64,000 nt of DNA, from positions 310,001-374,000 of the forward strand of contig OZ237759.1 in NCBI GenBank assembly GCA_965178125.1, written 5' to 3'. The translations under genes were made by a program, and so were the position numbers. The DNA comes from Bilabrum cf. latius (taxonomy: Eukaryota). The notes beneath the pieces were generated by a model that saw nothing but the letters and a program-made list of their open reading frames with translations, did no database searches and was not told the DNA's origin. Positions 34,351 through 46,358 of this stretch are shown piece by piece (the first letter of the stretch is position 1; the number at the start of each line of letters is the position of its first letter).

Positions 34351-35385
34351 TCACAGGCGCTCGTCCACGGCGCCCTCGGGGTACTGGCTGGCAGGCCATT
34401 CTTCGTAGCGAGCGGAGAATCCCTCCCACACGCCCTTCTCCTCCTCTAGCACGGCACGGTAGCTTTCCACCGTAGCGGCGCGGGTGCTCGCGGCCTTCTC
34501 CGCCTCCTTGCCCTGCAGCTTGTCCCAGCTCTGGGAGGGCCAGCCGACCTTGCTGGCCACGTGCGGGGGCAGCCGAGCCCGCGCGGCATCGGAGGGGGAG
34601 GGCAGGACTGCCTTGGGGAGGCAGGCCCCTGCAGAATCGAGGGCGGTGGCGTGGGGCCCCGCAGCACCAAGGCCGGCCTCCTCCTGCGCCGCCTCGGCCA
34701 CGACGTCGTCGTCGACCTCGCCCGCATCGGCGCGCTCCCGCATCTGCCTGAGCCACAGCGGCGCGAGCTTGGTGGGCGGGGCCGTGTCGTAGATCTCGTT
34801 CTCGCTGCGGCGCAGCTCCTTGTTCTCGAGCTTCTCCAGGTAGTGGCTGCGGCCAGTCCGCTTGACCTCCTCCCACAATTCCCTGAAACCGGGAATCACC
34901 ATGGAGGAGTACCGGCCGGACGGCATGGTGCCCCACTCGCGGTCGCGCAGCCAGGTTGCAACTGCCGCGCCTCGCTCGGCGTCGTGGGGAGCTCCAGCGG
35001 CAAACTCTAGGCGTTTGAGCAATTCCAGGGACCACATCTAGTCCATAGTCCTATCTAACCCTTCTGCTGCGGCAGATTCTCCGTAGGAGCGGTCCATCTC
35101 GAGCAACTGGATCAGATGGCCCCGCTGCTTCCACTGGTGCAAAGTCTCCTCCAACTCCATTTCGCCGCGCACGATCATCGTATCCAGAACTTCCGGGTCA
35201 GTGATATGGGCTGATCTGCGAAACTGCAGGAGCAACAGCTGCCGGACTTCGGCAGCAGTGTATGGCAGCTCGTACATGTCAACAACGTGCTGGCTGCTCC
35301 GAGCCACTTTCCTGAAAAGGTCCACAATACGCCCCTTTAGAGCAACATTCAAATCAATTGCCCTACGGGTCGCCTGCAATGCCAT
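34351..35385 (-). CDS. NDUFA6: Complex I LYR-family subunit B14 with long C-terminal extension, 344 aa
   Basis: RIVDLFRKVARS..VVDMYEL..QFRRSAHITDPEVLDTMIVRGEMELEETLHQWKQRGH; continues in frame through TAG 35038-35040. Confidence 0.75.
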
Positions 35386-35805
35386 ATCAACGAGCTTGTA
35401 CCGTGTTTCGGGTGCCCATGTACTTTCAGTCGCCAAGAGACAATAACCAGACTAATTCTAATTTCACATTACATTTCGCATTGCAGTGTGACGAGCGACC
35501 GTAGAGCTCAGCAGAGGTGCAAAGTGCTCGCTTCCGCAGTAGTTTGGCATAGTTTAGGACGGAACTAGCTGGTGCTCAAGTTTATAGTTAAAACAAACTA
35601 GGGCAAACTCGAAGAAGATTTTGGTGTACACGATTTTTGCATCCGGTTTTGGACTCGAGGGTCAACAGGCTTGGGCTAGATTCACCCGGTACTCAGCGCA
35701 GTGATACAGACTGAGACAGGGATTGCATTAGCCTTAGCAGCAATGCCACACAAACCGAAGCAATTAACAGGGGTAAGATGTGCCTCTCTAACTGTTTTGC
35801 AGTGA

Positions 35806-38800
35806 TATATATTTTGCCCGATACCACGGTGCAGCGACTGCAAGCATCAACCACCGCAGGTGAAAGAACAATCTACCAAGATTATATACGAAACAGAACA
35901 GCCATCAAAACCGGCTGGTAATGCATCGAAGCCGTCGCCACCGCCAAAAAGCGTGGGAAAGTAGTCAGCATCTGGCTCTGGAGGCAAACCAGGTTCAGCT
36001 TCAACAGAAAGTCCAACAGCGAGATCTAGACACCACACTGCTTCCTCCGGATCATTCAGCGATTCACTACCTCCATCTGACGAAGACACCGAAGGGAGCG
36101 ACGCAGATATTCCGGATGCGCATCCGTACGGACGGCGCAATGACCGCGGTAGCCCACTGAGATCCCAATCAACAAATCCATCTGGAAAACAAGACAGACA
36201 AGATGTTCTGGCGCCGCCCAAGCCATCGGGACCCAAGCCCAGTCCATCAGGCATGAAGCGTGCAGGTGCAGCGAATAAGCCCCCGCCCAAGCCATCGGGA
36301 CCCAAGGCCAGTCCGCCGGGCATGAAGCGTGCAGGTACAGCGAATAAGCCCCCGCCCAAGCCATCGGGACCCAAGGCCAGTCCGCCGGGCATGAAGCGTG
36401 CAGGTACAGCGAACAAGCCCCCGCCCAAGCCATCCGGGCGCAAGGCCAGTCCGCCGGACATGAAGCGTGCGGGTACAGCGAACAAGCCCCCGCCTAAGCC
36501 ATCCGGGCGCAAGGCCAGTCCGCCGGACATGAAGCGTGCAGGTACAGCGAACAAGCCCCCGCCCAAGCCATCCGGGCGCAAGGCCAGTCCATCAGGCACG
36601 AAGCGTGCAGGTACAGCGAACAAGCCCCCGCCCAAGCCATCGGGACCCAAGGCCAGTCCGCCGGGCATGAAGCGTGCAGGTACAGCGAACAAGCCCCCGC
36701 CCAAGCCATCCGGGCGCAAGGCCAGTCCGCCGGACATGAAGCGTGCAGGTACAGCGAACAAGCCCCCGCCCAAGCCATCCGGGCGCAAGGCCAGTCCGCC
36801 GGACATGAGGCGTGCAGGTACAGCAGGCACAGACTCTTTGGTGCCTACTGGAAGAAGCACCATAGTGGTATCGGGCACTACTACCAGTCCTGGGTAGCTT
36901 GGCAATGCATCCTCTGGAAGGTCCAGGCAACCATCGAGCTCATTCGGATCATATAGCGACTCTCTGCCCCCTTCGGACGACGACAGCGACTATAGTGATG
37001 GCCCCGAGCAGCCGGCAACAGTAACCTCTCAGTCTCAATCAATACGATCACCGCTTAGCAACAGAGTCCAGACAGTATCGCCAGCTGCACTACACCCTGA
37101 CAGCACGCCTGCCGTCGACAAGGCCGATGCAGATGCTGGAGCTGCACCGATCCAGGAGCCGCCCACCACCACGCCTGCAGCCAACAAGGCTGATGCAGAT
37201 GCTGGAGCTGCACGGATCCAGGAGCCGCCCACCACCAAGCCTGCCGTCGACAAGGCCGATGCAGATGCTGGAGCTGCACCGATCCAGGAGCCGCCCACCA
37301 CCACGCCTGCAGCCAACAAGGCCGATGCTGATGCTGGAGCTGCACCGATCCAGGAGCCGCCCACCACCACGCCTGCAGCCGACCAGGCCGATGCAGATGC
37401 TGGAGCTGCACCGATCCAGGAGCCGCCCACCACCACGCCTGCAGCCGACAAGGCCGATGCAGATGCTGGAGCTGCACCGACCTAGGAGCCGCCCACCACC
37501 ACGCCTGCAGCCAACAAGGCCGATGCAGATGCTGGAGCTGCACCGACCCAGGAGCCGCCCACCACCACGCCTGCAGCCGACAAGGCGGATGCAGATGCTG
37601 GAGCTGCACCGATCCAGGAGCCGCCCACCACCACGCCTGCAGCCGACAAGGCGGATGCAGATGCTGGAGCTGCACCGATCCAGGAGCCGCCCACCACCAC
37701 GCCTGCAGCCGACAAGGCCGATGCAGATGCTGGAGCTGCACGGATCCAGGAGCCGCCCACCACCACGCCTGCAGCGCACAAGGCCGATGCTGATGCTGGA
37801 GCTGCACCGATCCAGGAGCCGCCCACCACCACGCCTGCAGCCGACAAGGCCGATGCTGATGCTGGAGCTGCACCGATCCAGGAGCCGCCCACCACCACGC
37901 CTGCAGCGCACAAGGCCGATGCAGATGCTGGAGCTGCACCGATCCAGGAGCCGCCCACCACCACGCCAGCAGCCAACAAGGCCGATGCAGATGCTGGAGC
38001 TGCACCGACCTAGGAGCCGCCCACCACCACGCCTGCAGCCGACAAGGCCGATGCAGATGCTGGAGCTGCACGGATCCAGGAGCCGCCCACCACCCAGCCA
38101 GCAGCCAACAAGGCCGATGCAGATGCTGGAGCTGCACCGATCCAGGAGCCGCCCACCACCACGCCTGCAGCCGACAAGGCCGATGCAGATGCTGGAGCTG
38201 CACCGATCCAGGAGCCGCCCACCACCACGCTTGCAGCCAACAAGGCCGATACAGATGCTGGAGCTGCACCGACACAGGAGCCGCCCACCACCACGCCTGC
38301 AGCGGACAAGGCCGATGCAGATGCTGGAGCTGCACCGACCCAGGAGCCGCCCACCACCACGCCTGCAGCCGACAAGGCCGATGCAGATGCAGATGCTGGA
38401 GCTGCACCGATCCAGGAGCCGCCCACCCCCACGCCTGCAGCCGACAAGGCTGATGCTGATGCTGGAGCTGCACCGATCCAGGAGCCGCCCACCACCACGC
38501 CTGCCGTCGACAAGGCCGATGCAGATGCAGATGCTGGAGCTGCACCGATCCAGGAGCCGCCCACCACCACGCCTGCAGCCACCAAGGCCGATGCAGATGC
38601 TGGAGCTGCACGGATCCAGGAGCCGCCCACCACCACGCCTGCAGCCGACAAGGCCGATGCAGATGCTGGAGCTGCACCGATCCAGGAGCCGCCCACCACC
38701 AAGCCTGCCGTCGACAAGGCCGATGCAGATGCTGGAGCTGCACCGATCCAGGAGCCGCCCACCACCACGCCTGCAGCCAACAAGGCTGATGCAGATGCTG

Positions 38801-41800
38801 GAGCTGCACCGATCCAGGAGCCGCCCACCACCAAGCCTGCCGTCGACAAGGCCGATGCTGATGCTGGAGCTGCACCGATCCAGGAGCCGCCCACCACCAC
38901 GCCTGCCGTCGACAAGGCCAATGCTGATGCTGGAGCTGCACCGATCCAGGAGCCGCCCACCACCACGCCTGCCGTCGACAAGGCCGATGCAGATGCTGGA
39001 GCTGCACGGATCCAGGAGCCGCCCACCACCACGCCTGCCGTGGATAAGGTGGACACAAGCATGATTGGGTTGTTGAGGGTGAATGAGTCTAGCCGCCCTT
39101 TTTAGGACGATGCTTTGTCTCGTCATTCCAGCATTGTCAGTCGCACTGGCTCTTATCAGGGAGCGGAAGGTGACGCAGCCGCCGAAAACCAAAATTGGTC
39201 ATTAGAGGATGTGAGCCAGTCTCGGTTGGGGGTAAGCATTGTACGTACGATTGACGACCCTGGGTTTGTTGTCAACTCGGTCGAGTCATAGGTACATGTG
39301 CACATTGCTGTTCTGAGGGAACTCGCTTGGACTGCTGATTCCATTTCTTCGCATCAATATGGGCTGGGGCGGCACATTCGCGCAGCACTGTTGGAGCTAG
39401 AGTCCTTGGTGGCAATTCTATGTTCATCCGACAGTCCCAAGCTGTCGTATGATCCATCGAAGATTGTGGCTACGCTGCGGCACCGAAGCAGGTTGCTTGC
39501 GGATCTGCTATCCGCAACAGATGCCCAATCGTCAGGGCATGGTGCGACGGCAGATGCGCTGCAAGCCGCGCAAGTCCTTCTGTCGACATCGACGGACCCG
39601 CAGCCGCTAGGCAGCGAGCCCTTCAGCGAGCCCGGTGACGCCGCTGTGGGCAACATGGTAGCCTAGGCGACGAAACGAAATATTGTGTCTACTGGCACTC
39701 GCAGCTATAATGGCAGTGATGAGTCGGTCGATGTGCTGATGCATCGGAGCCCCCGCAGAGCAAAGACACCGCCAATGCCGCCTCGCTTGCCAGAGGGGCC
39801 CATCCCGCCTACCAATGCATAGCAGCCTTCCAGCGGGACGGGGTACGACGCCGTCGCAGTGGAGAGAGGCACTTCTGCTGCGTCTGCACTGCTCGCCTCG
39901 GCTCACATGAAGAAAACAGAGGAGGATAGATTCGGACAAGGCCAGAGCGGGCGGCATATTTCTTGGAAGAGCAGCTTTGCAAACGGCAGCACGGATGACA
40001 CCCGGCTTCTTAGGTCACCAGTGACATCGCCAAGCAAAGCGAAAGCACCGAGTGCCATTGCACGCACTCAATCCAGCGAGAAGGACCGATGGTTGCAGAT
40101 GCAGCAAGAAGTAGACCGCACTACGAAAGAAGCTAGTGTGGCGCTCGCAGCTATGATGTCGACGTCGGCGGTTTCAATGAAAGCTACTGCCAGGCGACGA
40201 GGGCTTTCTCTTGGCGTACTGCAGGCAGAGGCCAATGCGGCGCGCACGGCAGTTGTACGCACAAACGTCGCTTCCCAAGCAGCGCTGGCGCGGATGCGCA
40301 ATGCGGTTGGACAGTCAATTCAACATGCATAGTGCTGCGAAGTCGTCGGTGCGGCTCGGGCTGCAATTGATGCCGCTGAACAATGCGTCCAGCAAGGCCT
40401 CGACTTGGACGTGGACGAACAGGATGCAATCAGTGCGTGCCACGAGCTGCTATCACGCAGTGGCAGCGCATCACAAGAATATGTTTCTGGACGTACACCG
40501 GGTGGTCAAATCAGGAGAACATAGCCAGACACTAGCGCGATGCAAGCTTTCGAACAGGTTTCAGAAGGCCTCGATTCAATCTAGAGCAGTGTACCGCTAC
40601 TTCAGCGGGCGCAAGATAGGCACCAAGAGCTCGTCTCAAGAATCTGCGGAACTGCAGCTCGCCTGATTGCACGAGCACGCTTGCAGGGGGCTCTCAGCGA
40701 ATCTGCTGGAAACTCTGCAGCCGGGGCAAACTCCTCTCCCGCATCTGCACTGATCGAGGCGGTCGTCCGGGGTGCACCAGCAGGGACCCAATCGGCGATA
40801 TCTTCGGCTGGAGCAGGCAAAGCCGGCGTTGAAAAGGCTCTTATCCTGCCTGTGCTAGCGAGCGCTGAGATGCAGCTGGACCAGCTGTCAAGGCACAAGT
40901 AGCAGCTGCAGGAAAAGCTGGAGCGGTTGAGGAGCGAGCGCAATGAGAGATTGTCAGCGCTGAAGCGGCTTGCGGGCGAAACGCGCAGGCATAGGACCTC
41001 GTTGAAGCGCGACTCCCAGGCGCAGCGAGCTCACATTCGCCGGCTCAAAGCCGAGGTACAGAAACTTAGGGAGGTCGCAGAGCACAGCGGTACCCTTGCA
41101 GAGCAGGCGGCGGGGCGCATCCTCCGAGACAGGCTCGTGGAGTCGCACGCAGACTTCAAGAAGGACTGGGAGGACAAGATTCGGCAGCTCAGGGCAGATC
41201 GAGAGCGGGACTTCCAAACCGGAAAAGAGAAGGTGAACGGGAGGATGGCCGACTGGCTCGAAGGAATCGCCCGGGACGCGCATGCTGGCATTCACGATCT
41301 GCTGCTCCCCCGGGTGCATAAGCTGCTGGACTCCATAAAGGGCCAGGGACATGACGCGCTTGCGCGCCGCTCTGAGATGGAGGTGAAGGTGGACAGATTC
41401 GCGGCACAGCCGACCATGCCAATCTCCGAGGCTCTGCAGGAGAGGCTGGACAACGAGGTGGAGTCTCCGAGGATTCGTGCTGTGCCCACGCGGGAGTGGC
41501 TCAAGCGAGTGCTGGCACTGCACAATATCGCAGGATCCACCCATCACGAAACTCGAAGATTTCTTCTGGGGTTGTTGGCTACAATGCCAGCCACAGCCGT
41601 ATCCATGCTCCCTTGGCGTGTTTTGGCCGGCTCGGGGAGGTGTCTCGAGGAGCTCATCTCTGTTGCCACCGCCGCGTTCAAGGCTGAAGGCAACCCCGCA
41701 GGGTCCAGAACCGGAAGGGGTGAAACACCGGCGCCAGATACCGCGAAAGGTCAGCGCCGTGCATCAGGTGACAGCAACATAAGCGATGACAGAGAGCCAA

Positions 41801-44691
41801 GCAAGAACCTACCCAGCTCGGCCATGGAGTACCTTTGCCAGGTTGGCGCCGATCCAGACGCCGCGAGGGAGGCGCTGGCTAGCCGTGAGCGGCAGGCGCA
41901 GGCCATCGAGGGTTAGATCGTGCAGAGAGAGGAGAGGCAGCGGCTTGCCCTTGAGGCCGCACAGAGGCGCAGGCAAGAGGAAGAAGAGGAGAAACAGGCC
42001 GCACAGAGGCGCAGACAAGAGGAAGAAGAGGAGAAACAGGCCCGACAAATCTTATTTGTTGGGATTGGCCAGGGCAGTGACGGCAAGCAGTCAGCGACTC
42101 AAGGTCGTCGCACATCCGTAACCGCTACCCTGCTGAAGCGATCCTTAAAGCAAGAATCCATGGGACACACTGAAGGCTCTGAGTCGGACGCGTCCTCTGT
42201 GAGCTCAAAGTCCTCCATCGGCAGTGCTGGTCGACCCGGCGGGGACGAAGGCGCTGCATCCCTTGCAAAGCAGCTTGCACCGTAGTGGTCCGCGCGATCG
42301 ACCAGCCCCACCAGCCCCGTGGGACCTTTGCCACAGTCGCCCACGTAGATGGACGAGGTAGCTGATGGGGTTGAGCTGGAGCCCGTGGCTCTGTCGGCAC
42401 TCTCTGCAGCGACAAGGCAGGCCACGGAATCGATCGGGGTGCTTTAGCGCTTCATCGAAGACGAGGGCGAGGCGACCCGGCTGCGGAAGGCTGCTCACAA
42501 ACAAATCAAGTCCAACCGGCGACAGGCGAAGCAAGATGCCCGCATCACGGGGTCCTCTCCCGACGACATGCGCGCGGTGCTGCAGAGGAGACGGGAGGCG
42601 ACAGCGGCCGTCCTTGCACAGCTCGCATCGGAAGAGGGCCACGGCGCCGACAAGAGGAGGCAGCAGGCGCTGCGACACGCGGTTCAGGCCAAGCTTCCGC
42701 GCGGTGCCATGGCCGCAGCGGATGCAAAGCACGTTTCATGGATCAGGACGCCCAAGGAGGAACTCAAGTAGGTATACACACCTGCGCTGACTAGAGCCGC
42801 GGAGCTGAGCGCGATCGGGATCGGTGACGTTGACAGGACGGGCTCTCCCGCGAATGATTCCAAGCTGCCCCGCGTGATGCGATCCACTGCTGCGTCCCGC
42901 GGGATGGTGCATCCAGCAGTACGGGCATCTGTCGATCCATCTAGGATAGAAGCGGCCGAAGTGGGTTCGAGCGGTAGCGTGCAAGTCAGCAAAGGCATTG
43001 ATCCAGGCGCCCAGCCAGACGTGCCTGCTGCAAGCTCTGGAGGAGGCATTGGAACCGCGGCTGCGTCTACCCCGCCGCCAGTCCTTGGTCGCATGCATGC
43101 CTCGGTGCTGTCGCCGCCACCAACCGGCCTGCTGCTCAGGGACCTGAACCTAGATACCAGCAATTACCACGAACAGCGTGGCAGCCCCGACGGAAGCGCG
43201 CAGATCAATGAGCAGGCAGATCAGAACAGTAGACAGATGTAGCCCCGGACTTCAACGTAGGCATCAATGACTGGCAGGGGCGGCAGTGTAACAGCCTCCC
43301 CCATGCGCGGCACCATGCTCACATCTGGAACATTTCGGCAGCCCCGCAGCCGTCTCTTGGAACTGGCCGAGCCAAAGGACTGCTCCCTCGAGGCCCTGGC
43401 ATCAACGAGGGCGGAGGATCTGCTAGAGGCTGCCGCAGATTGGCACCAGATCGAGTTCGATCGTGCCGCTGCAGCCGCTGCGAAATCGAAAGACTTCATG
43501 CGGGCCAGAACAACAGGCCGCCGCACTTTTGGCCGGTCGTCGCGTAGACAGCGCCAACCACGAGCTGGACGCAGCAGCTCGGTAGACACAGGGCGGCACC
43601 GGGCTCCCTTGGCCTCACCCCGTGGTCGGGCAGCCGGCCGGGCAAGCTCGCTGATTCGATCCTCTGGCAGGAAGCGCTAGGCAACCAGCAGCAGCACGCA
43701 GAGAAGTGGTGGCTTTACCGCAGGCTCAGGTCTGGACTCGCGGCGGATGACAAGCGCTGCACTCTCTGCCACCAGTCCGCTGCGGCTGGCCGCCACGATG
43801 CCAGAGCGTGGTGGTGGGGCGGGTCTGGGTTGGAAGGCAGACGCGCAGCGCAGGAGAGCAGCATCGACTGTGCTGGCTGGAATGGAGCGGGCTGAATCCA
43901 GGCTCGGGAGGGCCGAGTTCGGAATGGCATCCCGGCGCGTGACCGCTAGGTCCAGTGCAGTGGTGGACCGACAAGAGATACGAAGGAGCGTGCCTCGGGT
44001 GTCCATCACCGCCACAGACGCTAGGCACCTCGCGTCGGCAAGAAGCCCGCACTCGTCACTGAGGATGAGTCGCTCGAATGCTGTGGGTACATCTCTGGTT
44101 CTAGCCAGTGGGTTGCAGTCTGGCGTGGAGCAAAGCCAGGTGGCCTCGACGATCGCGAATCGACCGAGTGAAACCCCTGTGCAAGGCAGGGTGCAAACAA
44201 GGCCTCTCAATCCGGGCTTGGTATAGACGGGCAGCAGGTACAGACAGCATTCAATTGCACCTACTCATACCGACAGGAACCACAGCGGTCAAGAAGCGGC
44301 TGCAAGCAGCACCAGTGAGATAGCACGCATCGCCAGTACGATCCAGAAACTCCCGTCTAGATCCAATGGGCCATCCAAGCGCTCGAACGGGATGACGCAG
44401 CACATTGCAAGTCTTTCTGGCCCTTTCGCGTCCCCTCTCTTCGGACTTGGGGCGGGAGCGGACGAAAAGGTGAAGAAGCTAGCTCGAAACGAGGCAATGC
44501 GAGCGGCCGCGCAGCCCCGCCTGGAGCTGAACTCCCGCGGCAGGCTGCAGCTCAGGCCTGCCGAGCGAACGGACTAGCTAGCTCAGCTGCTGGCGCGGGG
44601 CACCTCGGCTGCCATGCGGGAGGCCGGCTTGGAGCCTGGGTCAGCTGTGAACATGGGCTCGCTGGAGCGCAGCCTGAATCAGCAGGTGTGA
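35806..44691 (+). CDS. Very large low-complexity/coiled-coil protein with two tandem-repeat domains (~2960 codons; ends uncertain)
   Basis: One reading frame that I found interrupted only by TAG between TGA 35803 and TGA 44689. The true start exon is not resolved. Confidence 0.7.
36210..36825 (+). repeat. Coding tandem repeat, 69-bp unit, ~9 copies (KRAGTANKPPPKPSGRKASPPDM)
   Basis: Visible directly in DNA and translation. Confidence 0.95.
37105..39045 (+). repeat. Coding tandem repeat, 66-bp unit, ~29 copies (TPAADKADADAGAAPIQEPPTT)
   Basis: Visible directly. Two units carry TAG in place of CAG (37483, 38011). Confidence 0.95.
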
Positions 44692-44984
44692 TGCCCTGGC
44701 TTGCTTCCTAGCGCAAGCAACTGAAGCGTGGGGGTGAGGCTTTCCGTGCGATTTGGCTTGTAACAGCATCCGGAATCCGGATTCATGTATTGCACCTTCA
44801 TGCATGCTATTCAATCGTGCTCCTGCGGCAAAGCACCAATACCGGACATATCTGGATGCTCCACGATGCATTGTATTGGCGCAGGCTGCACGGTGTGACT
44901 GGCAGAGTCTGCCTCCAACCACACCGCGCAGGACGCGCTCTTGCCCATGCCGTACAAAAACTATAATGAATGCCCAAGACGTAC

Positions 44985-46203
44985 TCACCACCACTTCTCG
45001 TATACGACGCACTCAGTAGGCAGTCCAACTCCTCCCTCCTCCCACGGCGTCTGCAGCACGCCAGCCACGTGGTCTATCATGGCCGGCGGCCCACACAGAA
45101 ACGCAAGGGGAGGCACCTCTCCGGCGACCTCCGTGCCCCCTCCCATGCTCAGGTCACTTAGAGCAGGGGTAGGGCCTGATGCTCGCCCCCAAGCTGCGAC
45201 TCTTAGGTCTTTGTTAGACAGCCTCCCTTTTTTTCTCTCGATCGAGCTTGCGGGCTGTGTGCTTGTCTGTGCCTCCTGGTCCGCATGCTTGTCCTCTTCA
45301 GATGTATCGGCAATGAGCACGCGCATGGGCGCTTTTTCGCCTTCTTTGGACTGAAGGGCTATGCTTTCAAGCCGATCCAGGAAGACGGCCTCGCTCTCTC
45401 CCCTGCAGGACGCAAGCACTGTGGTGGCTGCGAGCCGGCCCTCTTGGTCGGCCCGGGCTGCTACGCTGCCATGCGCGTCGTGGTGCGCGCATGCGATCGG
45501 GACAAGTGGAGACAACCCTATGCCACCTCCGATACAAATGAGCCTTGGGACTGGGCTCTACGACATCCAGGATTGTAGCCGAGAGAGGCGAGCAATCCTC
45601 TGCGGCTCTGTAATAGAAGTAGCAGTGATGGACTTGCGAGCCTGGTACCACGGGTCGCGCCCGTCGAAATGCCAATCGCCCCCAACGCGCATACTGACGT
45701 TGTCTCCCACCCTAAGCTTCTCATGGACGTGGTGTGCCGGCGGGTGCCGAGCTCTTTTCACAGCAATCGATATTCGCTGTTTGGCGGCAAGGACACCCGG
45801 CGACGAGCACAAGCTGAACCCTCCTATCGTGTCAACGCCCTTAAATTCTACATCCAGCCACTATCCAGGCTTAAACATTGCAGCGCCTGTGTCCTATTCC
45901 CTAACGTGAAAATCAACCAGTCTGACAGCGGGAGACACTTGCTCAATAGCCTGAACTGTTCCAATAAACCCATCATCATCCTGCTACAGAATGGTGAGAA
46001 ATACACAGGGATAGGACAATGCTCAGTTTGACTCTCGATGGGTTGATTCTAGCTTATGGTGGCTGCTTACTCTAGTAGCTCCAGCTGTTTGCTACATATG
46101 GTCCAGCTTCCCCGATATCCCCCGAATCAAGCTAGCACTCGACAATGGCGTGTATACCTGACGTTTGAATAAATATACCAACGTCTTTGTTATCTGCTTG
46201 CAT
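44985..46203 (-). CDS. OXNAD1: Oxidoreductase NAD-binding domain protein (ferredoxin reductase-like); start approximate, intron ~45981-46070
   Basis: FKPG(Q)WLDV, IGGFSLCSSP, LICIGGGIGLSPL, FLCGPPAMI and terminal YEKWW. Confidence 0.82.
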
Positions 46204-46358
46204 CTTGTTACTCGCATTTTGCCTGGTTGCACGCGTTGACGTGTTGGTCTCCAGCTGAGGTGTGTGACGACTACAGCACCGACTGCATTTCGGTGGTGCG
46301 GGGGCGGTGATACACCACCTCAGCTCGTAGATTGGACAGTGTCTAAAACAAATATCAG

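Noticed and set aside
36210-39045. CRISPR-like array
   Set aside because: Head-to-tail coding repeats with no unique spacers and no cas genes.
37055-39192. Long Cys-, Trp- or Arg-rich ORFs (667, 700 and 645 aa) in the track
   Set aside because: Alternative-frame shadows of the 66-bp repeat; the frame continuous with both flanks is the unlisted plus-strand one.
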